From Eledone cirrhosa (lineage: Eukaryota), in the NCBI GenBank assembly GCA_964016885.1, contig OZ024740.1:187798001-187862000 (forward strand): a stretch of DNA of 64,000 nucleotides. The letters run 5' to 3'. The position numbers and the translations under genes were made by a program. Position 1 is the stretch's first letter, and the number at the start of each line of letters is the position of its first letter. Shown here piece by piece: positions 24,894 through 37,519 of the stretch. The notes beneath the pieces are model-generated. The model did not search any database. It worked only from the letters and a program-made list of their open reading frames with translations, and was not told where the DNA came from.

Positions 24894-26702
24894 GCTTACA
24901 TTCAACATCATTATTATGGTCTCCAGTAAAACAAATAACAAAACAAAGAAACACAAACACTACTTATTTCAAGAAAACATCATTGCACCTCACACTCCTT
25001 AAGAATGAATAATGTATAACTAAAAATCTTGTGGTCACAACCTTCAACACAACTAGGAATGCATCTCATTGACTGGCCCTTCTCTCCATGATCAGAAAAT
25101 GTTTCAAATCTCTACAGTTGTGCTTCTGTAGTTCATAATGCTTCCAGAGAAAAGATACAGTCACTCAGCTAATCAATATGTCACTCACTGACACTCTCCA
25201 AACTCTGATCCAAAGGCAGACTGTTGTCTTTTCTACCACATTTTCAATTGTATATCAGTAACTAGTATGTTTGCATTAAATGTAAATGAGTTTCTGAGGA
25301 ATTTGTGTGAACATATATAAAATGTAATTGAATATTGTGAAAAAATGTATGTAAATATTATATTTCAAGTGAAGTAGTAATGATTAAAGAAAATATGTAA
25401 ACAAATGAAAGATATAAAGATGGACAGCATCATACAAGCAGTTAACTGTATTGGGACAGAAATCCAGTCATGATTCTAAATACAATCAATAATTTGCTAA
25501 TTATACAGGCAATTAGGAGAAATAATCCCTTCTTCGAAAAATTATTCCAGTTTCCATGAAGTGAAGCAAATGAGAGAACACAACTTCCCCTTCGATAGGA
25601 CACCAATCTATTGCAGTGTTAAATTTCCAGCTATTTCTGGTACTCATTTTCAGCTGTGTATACTGGAGTAAAAGAAAATGGGATAATCTATGCAAATAAG
25701 TCAGATGAATTGTTTCTGACTTGTAAAAGAGTAAAGTACTTGCTGTGAGTAATTATGCCAAACTTATAATATATTGATGGTTTTCACACTTGTTTGTATA
25801 TCACAACTATCCATTTTATTTATCCAACTAACAGAATGTAATGTTTATTCTGGAACTAACTGACCACAAGTTATTTGACAATATATAATTTATAATGGTT
25901 TATTTATTTATTTATATAATTTATAATGACGCTTAAAACATCTGGTCTATTTCATGACCATCTGCTCTGAGACTGTTAACTATGACAAAAGAGAAAATAG
26001 TGAAAGCAGAAAGATTAATAATGATCTGTTCATAAAAACTTTTTTTTTTATTTCAAATTTTAGTAGCTGTGAAAATTAGCAGTACTGGGAAATGACATAA
26101 GATTAAAGATCAATACCATTTACTGATAAATGAAATCTTGCTTTAAGTATGACAATGCAATTAGGCAATGTTAGTTGTCATGTATATTAAATATTAACAT
26201 TAAAAGCATGTTTATATGTAACCTTTAGAATGATTACATAAAATTAACATGTCAATCAAAAAGAGGATAAAAAGCATCTATCAAAAATTTTATGATCAAT
26301 ATCAATAAAAATATTAATTAAAATGTGTGTATATTTAGTGTATTAGAATAATATATCTCTAATGAGTTAAATCTTTATTGATTTAAAAGATGGAAATATG
26401 AACCATAAATTGAAAACTTTAAAGCTGTTTAAAACAAAAATAATGCTTGAAATATCAAATGACAAAAACAAAATGAGAATTTAACTATTATTTCTCTGTC
26501 ATTTATTTAATTTTGAATATAGAGGTTGTTGAAATTGTGTGCTGAAGAAACTCGATGATATTAGACATTGTCGGAGAAATAATTATTAACACATTATTTA
26601 TTAGCTTTAGAAAAAACTTATTTTTCTGTATCATTTCACAATTCTAATTTCAAGCTGGTTGTAAAGTTTAGTCTTGTTTCTGATTATTAGTGACATTGTA
26701 CC

Positions 26703-26882
26703 AAACCCTATTCATGGGATGGCCGAGGGGGCAGAGCCCTCAAACACTCCCTCTGGCAGGTCCTGTCAGGAACAACCATCTCTAATTGATCCCCAAGCAG
26801 GACAAGACCAGCCAAGCTCATGGATGTTATCCAACCATCTTGTTCAGGCTCAACCCCAACTCTCTTGCCAGTTGGTTTTGTC
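26703..26882 (-). mobile_element. RTE-like LINE 3' relic (related copies at about 48730-48853 and 51865-52035)
   Basis: Three minus-strand copies share GATGTTATCCAAC, CTCCAATTGATC and AAACACTCC; the 51.9 kb copy reads TRWLDNIRELSWS. Confidence 0.6.
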
Positions 26883-28260
26883 CTGCAATTATTTCCCGAG
26901 AGACATTCTAACCACATTTCATTCTCTGCTAGTGAAGGCTTGGAATTAATATTTTGTAAAATCTGATATTTCATTTGTTTGTCTGAAGCTTATTATTGAA
27001 GCTTTATGTCAAATCATGTAATAACTGATTCATTAAAACATAAATATAATAAAAGAAAAGAGATTCTGTATGTTTGTGATAGAATTACTTTATCTCTATG
27101 TTGGTAACAACCCAGTATTATCATATAATCCTTGCGTAATCTTAAATTTGTATAACTAGTTGGGAAAGTAGATGCTTAGCGATGATGATGATCATCATTT
27201 AATTTTATAAATATTAAAATTAATGTGGAAAAAAGATAAGTGAACGAATTTATTACATTTTCATGTCATGACTGTTTAATGTTTATTATCAGTATTATAC
27301 TAAATATTGATTATGAAAAATTATACATTAACCATTAATGAGTTTTGGGTCACCATTAGTGTCATCTTTTTAACACGGCACATGTTCATTACAGCTTAAT
27401 TTTACCATATAGAGAACTAATTTAGAGAGGTTTTTCATTACAGAAGGATTTCACAATGACACTATACTAAATATTGATTCAAAACATAAAGTGTGAACAT
27501 AGAAAATACTGCTATTTATTTTGTACCAAAATGATAGCAAATCATTTATTAACTAACATTATTTGAAATAAAAATTATTTAAAGAAATAAATTACTTTTG
27601 ATCTTAGACTTACATTCAACTTATTCTCTTGGTTGTAATTTTTCATTTTGGCATCTATCCAATGTCTGTTAATTTTTATAGTGGAGAAAACAGTAAAACA
27701 TTTTTCTCTATAGGTCATGAAATTATGATATATATATAAAAATAAGCTGCTTTCTGGGGTAAAAAAAAAACTCTGTTAATATAACTTACATTAACTAACT
27801 GGTTTACACTTATAAAAGTTTTATTCTGTAAAAACAATGTATTGAAAGAAGTATTATGCTTTGGAAGAATAATCGTTGCCAATAATTAAACATATACACT
27901 TATTGATATATATGTTATTGTTTTTTATCTTTATTTTATAAGTATCACAAATTACAGGACTATGATAAAACATTTTGAGACAAGAAACATAAGAATAAAG
28001 ACTTGGATACTATTAGAGCATGTTTTTATGTTTATTTTTCATAGGTCAGCCTGATCAATCAGACCTTCTATCAAATGCATTCCTGCATTGAACATCATGC
28101 CTTTTTAAAATATATTTTTAACTACATTATCCAATGTATCTTTTTCAACTATTTTGAAAACAGTAGGGTATGTGTTTGACAAAGATGTTTCTACTATTTC
28201 TAGCAGGTTGTGTGACCATACTGAGGCTCCATCAACAGCTAAAGTGTGTGTGTTTAATTA

Positions 28261-30849
28261 CACTGTGTAATATATTTCTTGTTCCCCGGTTCTAAGTATT
28301 ATTTCCTGGTTTTATATATCCCATTATTATAAAAAAAACACTATTATTTAATGAGAAGTTTGGGTTTGTATTCAGAAGTTTGATATTTCAAAATTTTCAT
28401 ATTTTCAAGAAAAAACACATTTTTTAAAATTTATCAGTTCATATAATTAAATCAACAGAGTATATATTTATTTTATTACACAAGCTTATCAAAAGCAAAC
28501 AAGTAAAAACAAATAACACTTATAAAGCACTTATACACATCAGAAATCACTGGATTTCCTGGATTTGCGGTTGTAGCCCATGTCGCATTCCCGCACTAGC
28601 CCCCAGATACCCCTGGTACCTCTGCTCTATCTGTTTCACATCTTGGTGGAATCGTTCACCTTGTTCTTTTGAGTAGGCGCCCATATTGTCCTTGAATTTT
28701 TCCAGGTGGGCGTCCAGCATATGGAGTTTAAGTGACATCCTGCATCCCATGATGCCAAAAGCCTTTATCCGATCCTGCACCAGTTGCTGGTAGTTTTCAG
28801 CTCTGTAGTTGCCAAGGAAGTCCTTAACAACTGCTTTGAAACAGTTCCATGCTGTTCTCTCAATCCTATTAAGCTTATTGGAGAACTCAGTAGACTCAAA
28901 CACCTTCTTTATCTGAGGTCCAACAAAAATTCCACCTTTGATTTTGGCTTCAGATAACTTGGGGAAGAACTCAAGAAGGTACTTAAAAGCAGCTCATTCT
29001 TGGTTGTGAGCCTTCACAAACTGCTCCATCAACCCCAACTTAATGTGCAGTGGCGGCATGAGCACAATCCTGGGATCAACCAGTGGCTCCTACATGATGT
29101 TCCGGGTCCCAACTACAAATTCTGTTTGCTGCTCCCAGTTCTTTCTTTTGTAGTGGTCAGAGGTGGCTCTGCTGTCCCAAAAGCAGAGGAAGCATTGGAA
29201 TTTGATAAAACCTCCTTGGAGTCCAAGCAGGAAAGCCACCATCTTGAAGTCTCCAATGATTTCCCAATTGTGCTGGTTGTATTGCAGAGCTTCCAAGAGG
29301 ACTTTCACACTGTAGTAATCTTTCTTCATGCAGACTGAATGAGCTAGGGGCAGTGTCGGGAACATGTTTCCATTGTGGAGGAGGACAGCCTTCAAACTTG
29401 TGGTGGAGTTGTCTATAAATAGCCGCCACTCCTTGGACACAAACGGCATCCCAATAACATCAAATAGTCCAGGCACGTCATGGCAGAAGCAGAGGCCATC
29501 TCTAAGAGTGTAAAAGCCTGAGAAAAGTTTGTATCGACTTCTTTGACTTGTCACCTGCACTTCCTCCTTGACCAAGTTCCACTGCTTCATCCTGGAGATG
29601 AATAGCTCTGATTTGGACTTGGTCAGACCCATATTCCTGACCAAGTCATTGACTTCTTTTTGGTTTGGGAAGTGAGGAACTTTTTCTGGTACCTCAGGCA
29701 GATAATCCAAGTCCTCAGCATCCATCTCCTCCTCTTCATCAGAATACTTGTCTTGGACTTCATCTGGAGCAGGTGGCACTGGCACGGGATATTTGGAGTA
29801 GTGAGGAATTGGAGCAATTGATGATGGAAGATCTGGATAATTTACATCAGCAGCATTCTTTCCTTTCCGCCACTTGCTAACATCCACCATGCCAAAAAAG
29901 CAGTTTGTGGCATGGTCTGTTGGCTCTAACCAGACCCGTCGGTTGGAAAATTTCAGGGACCTTTTCTCACCTCGCAGCCACCCTTCCAGCGTCTTCTTAC
30001 AGTGCTCACAACAGTAGTGAGGGGCCCAGGGCTTGTCCTGGTCCCCAACTGGCATCCCAAAGTACTTCTGGTAGGCTTCACAAACCTTCACTGACGTTTC
30101 CAAGGAGAATTGTTTGCCTCTCTTCTTTATATACTGACCTCATATAAAACAGAAAGAGTCAGGGTGGTGCCGGCAGCCTCTTAAAGCCATTCTAAAAATA
30201 TGGAAATACATGCAGTCAGAAAATATAGATCTTATAGATTTGAAAGTATAAATAAAAACATGTTAAATGAACATACATGTATAAAATAAGTAGGGTAATT
30301 CAGGCTAAAGTCATCAAATTTTGAAAACAAAAATTAATATTTAGCCCCAAATTGCAGTGCAGTTCAATGAAAGAAATTTTTAGTTACAAGTCTAATGTCA
30401 TGATCGAAATCTAAAATGCAAAATAAATATTGGAAAGGTAAATAGATATTTAAATAATATAAAAGAACATTAATCATACTAATGAAAATTTGTGCTTAAA
30501 ACACAACTTACCCTTTATTCAGGGTGCGAAAATCCAGTATCAATAAATCTCTTGAATCCACTTTTTAACAATTTTTTACTTTACTGCACTTTTATAGTTT
30601 TCTTTATTTTATCATTTTAATTTAACCTGAAACATATATTAAAAAAATCATTTAACATACGCAAATTAAACTTACATACAACGTAAAATCCAGCATACAA
30701 ATAATTCTAGTGAATAGCTTAGAATTTTTACAAACCCCAATTTTTAACTGTTTAAATAGCACTTTTTTTTATTTATTTGGGACCTAAGCAACACAAAAAA
30801 GTGATTACAAGCCAGGAACAGAGAAAAAAAATGTTTTTGTTACACAGTG
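28261..30849 (-). mobile_element. Chapaev3-type (CMC superfamily) DNA transposon, full length 2589 bp
   Basis: TTA|CACTGTGTAA ... TTACACAGTG|TTA: 10-bp perfect TIR, further imperfect pairing and a 3-bp TTA TSD; single transposase gene inside. Confidence 0.85.
28540..30190 (-). pseudogene. Chapaev3-type transposase, inactivated
   Basis: MALRGCRHHPDSFCFI*GQ, GDQDKPWAPH, WRLFID..SLKAVLLHNGN, GDFKMV..CFLCFWDSRA, PPLHIKLGL, MSLKLH, EQGERFHQD. Stops at 30140-42, 29090-92 and 28994-96; deletion/frameshift near 28610. Confidence 0.88.
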
Positions 30850-32004
30850 TTATTGACAAAGATGACCCTAACTAATTGTTACTAATATCTAAGAATAGAA
30901 TCTTTAAATAGATGTATCTAATTTTAATTAGGATAGTATTGATATTATGTGTATAATAATGTAGTATGTGATATATACAAGATAAATGCATTGGTAATTT
31001 GCCTGCCAATCATTTAATTATATTAATTATATATATAGGTGGTGAATCCCATTATCCATTTGATTAAGGGGGCACCAATACAGACTTTAAAGTCATGTAT
31101 CCATGTCAATTTAACTAGAGGTGCAGTCTTCATCAATATATATTTATGATTGGAAGGAACTCAATGCTGCATGCCAACAAAATACCTACTTAATACAATA
31201 TCTCTTTTTAATTTGAAAAGTGATTTGTAGTTGATTTTTTCTTAACATTTTGTAAAATCTATATTTTAATTATTTGTCTAAAGCTTATTATTGAAGCATT
31301 ATGATAATTCTTTTAATAAGAGGTTCATTGATAAACAAATATGGATACTCTACAAAATGAACTATAACCTTTCTCAAAAATAAACCATTATTTTATTAAG
31401 TCAGAAAGTTATAATTCTTAGACATTTCCTGTAACTTTAACACAGCATTAGGTCGCCATCAATTATATTTGTTCATTAAGGGAAAAATTAAGTCTCAATG
31501 GAGTCAATTAACTTCTGAACTATTGACTATAGCTTTGAGATGCATGCATAAAAAGTAAGTTATAAAATGGTGTTATTTGCAAAAGAAATTATATAGCTCA
31601 ATTACACTCATCCAAATCTTACCACTTCATTAGGCTATATTCTTCTTTGAAGTGTTAAATTTCATTAAAAATATTATAATTAATTTACAATATAGTTATA
31701 ATTAACAATGTACTTATAATTAATTAACAATTAATCTTTTAGATTAAAACTATTAAATAAAGTAATAAATTTAGAAGAATATGGGTTTTAATAATGAGTC
31801 CACCTAGTGTGAGAATATCATTTTCAACTGTATTCCAAAATACAAAATATCATTCATCCTCCACTTACTACAATCTACCTTTGATAATATTCATTACTTC
31901 CATCCATATTCAATACACTCACACTTCCTCCTTCGAATTTGAAACTCTTAGGTGACATTTATTACTTTTTTTCAGTTGCCCCACTCACTCTTTCATGCCA
32001 CGAT

Positions 32005-33659
32005 ATCACAGCAGATACACTCAATAAAATATTTTATTGCAGCTTAATATCTTAAACCTTCCTGTTATGTAATAATGAATATATTTGTATCTTATCATAT
32101 TTCTCATCTTACTTCCCACCATATCCTACTCAACTACACTATTGAACTCCCTACTCACCACTCATACTTTCCTTTCTACCCAACCATTCCTCTGTTTCCC
32201 TCTTCACACAGAAATAATACACTCTCCTCTTTCAATTCTTAGTCAGCACCCTCTTAGTCCTGTTTTCCTTTAAAAAATAGAGAGTGCTTGGTGTGGAGGG
32301 GTTCTATTATACAAAGCAACCTCTTTATAGTACTGGTGCCATGATAAAATGCATTTAGAACTCTCTATAATGTGGTTGGCATTAAGCAGTAGAACCAGGC
32401 CACATGCCAAAATTTGACACCTGAGCAGGATGTGATCCTCTGACCTGTTTAGGAGAGTAGTAACTCCAAATAAGAAATAACTTTGACTGTGGAAAGCTGA
32501 AGTGAAATGATTATTGTGAACATGATCATCCATGGATAATTTAACCTGTAAAGTCCATATTTTTGAATGAGTAAATTCCAAGTTTATACCAACTCTGAGC
32601 TGCTAATCTAATTATCATAAATTTCTTTTCAAAAAAACAATGTAAGTAAAGTAAAACTAATGAACGAGATAATTTTTGTTTTGTTGAGTTGAGGGTAATC
32701 CCTTTAAGTTATGTTCATAATCACAGTTGAAATATATTTAAAAATAAACTAATTAGTATTAACAGCATAGGGAGAAATATTTTGACAATAAGATGATTCT
32801 ATTCACTCAAAAGTATAATGAAACATATCAAGGTGTAGGAGGCAATAGTGATTGATATAGAATGTTTGATGTACTAAATTAATATTGCTGACACATCAGC
32901 ATTTTAGATAAAATAATACATTTCTGAAATTGTTCTTGTTTCCTTTTCTTGACGAATATTTTCCTATTTGAATTTCGACTCAAAACGATTTTGTCTATAC
33001 AGAAACATTTAAAATCATTTATTCCATGGCTCCATCTGTATGTAATTTTGGCCAACATAAAACTTTCGGATACAGGAGGAGATAATAAAAGTCAAACAAT
33101 AAAGTATTGGTTGACTTTTATGAACAGTGTTTTCATGGTATTAAAACTATTATTTTGTGTGTAATATGTATATTTTCAATACATTAACATTTTTTCTTTA
33201 CTTCTATGAGTTGAATAGCTTTTTATCCTAAGAATAGCAACCTTATCTTAAGAATAGCATTTTCCTTTTTTCTGAAAGATTTTATCACCTATACACTGTC
33301 ATTGTTAGCCATCTTCTATGCATTAAAATGCTAATGTTCACATATAACAACTGTACATCATCTTTCATCTTCTTTATGTTCCTTATGTTATGTGTAAGGC
33401 AATCCGTCTGAAGAAAGCTCACCATAGAATAAAAGGAGGCTTTAATTATACTGGAAGCAGTATTTCATAATCAATACAATATCTCTATTAGGATATGTTT
33501 GCAAGGACCACCGAGCTGTTATTATCAGCCAGAAAACTATAATGTGCTTTGCAAATACCCAAAGAAGGAATTACATCAGAATCACAGCAGATTCACTCAA
33601 TAAAATATTTTATTGTAGCTTAATATCTTAAACTTTCTGTTATGTAATAATGAATATAT
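32005..33659. repeat. ~80 bp direct repeat pair (32005-32084 and 33581-33659)
   Basis: ATCACAGCAGAT.CACTCAATAAAATATTTTATTG.AGCTTAATATCTTAAAC..CTGTTATGTAATAATGAATATAT occurs twice. Confidence 0.85.
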
Positions 33660-36249
33660 GTTAAGACACATAATATATTAAAGTTTAAGAATATTGTATT
33701 GGAAATGCTTTGAACATTTTATTTAGTTAGAAAATGCTCTATTAAAATGACAGAATGTGAAACAATAGGAAACAGGAGTGATTTGTACATTTTAGAATAA
33801 ACTTGTCACCCACACTAAATATAATGCATTTCATTGAAAAGATTAATTTCAAATCTAGCTCTAGCAAAAAGGCTTTTTACCTCTGAAAGTGTCATATTTT
33901 TCAAAGATGATTGCTTTATATATAGATATACAATTTACACATTTATGATATGAAATGGTCATAAAAGATAATAAATTTGGCTTAAAAATCATTCAGTTTT
34001 AACTGATATACATTGCAGTTGGAATTTTGTTTTTATAAGTATTCCCATCAATCAAAATTAATGTTTAATAAATATATGTTTTCATATTGTTTTGTTGTTT
34101 TTTAACAGACAACATCTGAAAGGGGCATTTTTATGGACTTAAAATTGACCATCCCTGTCTTTAAGTTAAAAAATTTAAATCATTATTCTAATTTAAAAAT
34201 CCCAGAAAACTGCAAAATTTTAGAAAAGAACTGAAAAAAGTTAGAATATTCTTGGTCATATGAATAATTTAACACCTTTCTTTAGCATATAAAAATATGA
34301 GGTAAAGTACAACAAAATATCTGCGACATTTATCAGAATTTTCCCTATTAACATTTCTTAGGACATATTTGTTTATTGAACCCCTGATTAATATGATTAA
34401 TTAAATTATTGCTCATAATTATTTAACATAAACATAAAATTTTGAATTAGTCAATTGCTGGAAATACATATTGTTTTTCTTAAATGCTTTGTCTACTCTA
34501 TATATGCTTGTTATAACACAATAATTAGTTTAATATAATTACTTATAATACCATAAGGGCAGTAGGTGCATATGTGTGTGTTTTCTGAATTCAAAAGAAT
34601 TGGTTTAACCTTCCATCCTTGTTAAAGAAAATACTGAATGTTTGTATATTGAAATATGAGAAATGTTGTCCTTTTAAGTACTATGAATATATTATTCTTA
34701 TACTAACATCCATTATTCACTAAAAACTACGAAAACCTTCTGAGCATAAGTAAATAAGCATTATATCTATTTTACCTGATAAAGAAATAAAATGTATAAA
34801 ATATTTCAATGTTTGTACAAGTATTAATTCAATGTAAACAAAAGTGACAGCTTTATATCAGGTAGTTTTTCTATAGTCAGAAATATTAATTGTATTTGCC
34901 TTCATTAATGTTGCTCTCAGATATAGTTACCATATCTTTGGGGGTTGACATTCATTGATAGATTGGCATCATATGCAGTGGCAATTTCATTCGTCTCTAA
35001 TAAACATCAGTGATGATATTTCTTGTCTAGTCCTCTTGGAATTTCCTCCACTTTTCTACATTTTCTTTTATCTAAAATAAATAGACAACCTATTATTACT
35101 TTCCATATGATCTTTACTACTGTAAATATGTTCAAGAAACCTTTCAATATTGACAACTTTAAGAATACTTGCCTTTAAATGATAATTTATAGTTTTGTCA
35201 TTTAACATTCTAATCTTAATTTGTTGCCTTATATAATACCTCTGACATTTGGGCATCATTAGTGGAGTCTATTCTATTACAAGCTTTAATTCTGGGTCAT
35301 TGGTTGAAAGGTATATTTATTCCTCCCACTTATCTCAGAGGCCTTGATAAGGAATACTGCCCAACCCTTATTGACTAAATAATAAAAAGAAATTAATTTT
35401 CAAGCATCCTTAAAATGAATAAACTTTATAATTTACTTCTTTCATACCTAATATTTCAGATGTTTTGTTTTTAGTTATATCTTCCTATAAAAGTTATTTA
35501 ATCAATTTATTTCAAGAAAATAATTTGTCATATATGTTATTAATCTTTCCAGTATGGAAGATCACAAATTCAAAATACTTTAACATTTGGACCTTAACAA
35601 CATAGATATCACTATATCACTATAACATCAATCCAATAACAACATAGTTTGCTATTCAAATAAAGAATATTTTTGACGTCTTCCTTTCATTTCCTTTTTT
35701 TATTTAATTTCTAATAGTATAGTTTAAACTAACTTTGTAATTAGCACATTCATTAATAATACAATGATAGCAAAGAAAAGAAAAACCAGGTTGTAGAAAA
35801 ACTAATCAGATGGTTGTTATGTTAAACATATTTTTGCACGCTTATTGTATATTGCAATATAACACCTTTTCTTCCCTAAATATTATTGGTTTGGTAGTTC
35901 AATATATTTTTCTTCTTACGAACACCATTGCATTTTCAATAGATTTTCTCTGTCACATAACCTTTATAATATTGACTGAAATATTAATGCATAAACATTC
36001 ATAAAACATCTGCCTGCTGATGCACAGTTTAAATACATAGAATATAATCATTTTGTGAAGTTTTTTCCTGGCTGCAATTGGATCTTCAAATTGCTGATAT
36101 TGTTAGTTTGAAGCAGTTTTTCCAATTTAACTAAATATTACATGAAGTAAATTTGAAGTGTATCAAAAACTATCTTCATCTTTCAAATTCATTAGGAGTT
36201 TAAAAATCATTTTCGTCACTACCACTAATCTTTAATTTTTACCTACATG

Positions 36250-36880
36250 AAGACATGAAAAAAAGCACCCAATCCAACCTGTCAGTTGGTTGTTTTTGTG
36301 CCATGACAAAAAGTAACCAGTCTGCACAGTAAATATGCTTGGTGCTTGGAAGGACATTTAGCCATCGAAACCAAGCCATAAATAGTTCTGTATAAGCAAG
36401 ACATGGTCACCTAATCTGACTTGTTTCACAATGGTTTAACTTATTTAATCCATGCTGGTATAGAAAAATGAACGTTAAATGATGATAATGATCTCTATAG
36501 TAACGTACTGTATATTTCAGTTGACAGTTCTTTTGAAAATTAGTTGTTCAAATGTTTATCTATTTTCAAGTTGCAACTGTTTGAGGATAAGATGTTGATT
36601 GTCATTATCATCTTTATCATCATTTAATGTCTATTTTCCCATGTTTGCATATGTTAGACAGGTTGTTCCATTTTAAGACAATTCAGGTCCAGAGATCACA
36701 CCATGCTTATACGGATCTGTATTTGGGCTTGGTTTCTATTGCTGGATGCCCTTCCAAATCTCAACTATGTTAAAATGTGGATTGGGTGCTTTTTATCATA
36801 GCACCGAAATGACCACATTACAGGGTGAATTAGGGACTTTTTGTTGTGTCACCAACATGACCACTTTACAGTGTGGACAG
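36250..36880. mobile_element. Two diverged RTE-tail/SINE relics in opposite orientation (about 36250-36492 plus; 36605-36880 minus)
   Basis: AAAAGCACCC, CCATGCTGG..AACGTTAAATGATGA, and the reverse GCTGGATGCCCTTCC. Confidence 0.6.
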
Positions 36881-37483
36881 GACATAGAGTATTGTTAAAT
36901 AGCATTTTTTCAGAGGGATAAATGGCTAGCAGAGTGTAATGCAATGTATTGAAACAACTCTAAGAACTGTTCTAGTATCAATTCAGATGAAACACTAAAC
37001 CTGCAAAACAAAATCAAAGAGCATGGTACATTAATACTGCTGCTCAAACGTCTTTTTGAACTAATGTAGAGAATACTAATTATGCATACCCATATAGCCT
37101 TCTGAATATATATATATATACACTCAGCATATACCTTAAACTGAATGCCAACCTCCATTCATGTCTACTGCCAAACCAAACTGCAACCCACCATCCAAAT
37201 TTGGCAAACCGAACACAGACACCACACCTTCTAAAACTCGGTATACTGAACCAGACCACAAGAGGCACCAAATGGAGAAGACAGATGTTATCAAGCTGCA
37301 GTTGTCATATTTCTGTCTTTCTCTCTCTCTCTCCAGCTCTCTCTATATATATTTTCATTTTATTAAAATTAAATAGTGAGTATTGTTACTCTGGAGTTTT
37401 GCCTGCCTCTTTTCTCTCAGCAATCAGCTACATATGGATATATATATACATATATGTGTGTGTGTGTGAGTGCACAATATACA

Positions 37484-37519
<36 letters not shown>

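Noticed and set aside
30140-30142. In-frame TGA at a conserved Cys of the transposase (selenocysteine?)
   Set aside because: The same gene has a TAG, another TGA at a non-Cys position and a deletion; ordinary decay is simpler.
36910-37001. Possible minus-strand terminal exon after a TTTTGCAG acceptor
   Set aside because: Unrecognised 30-aa peptide, no linked exon, and it lies among repeat relics.
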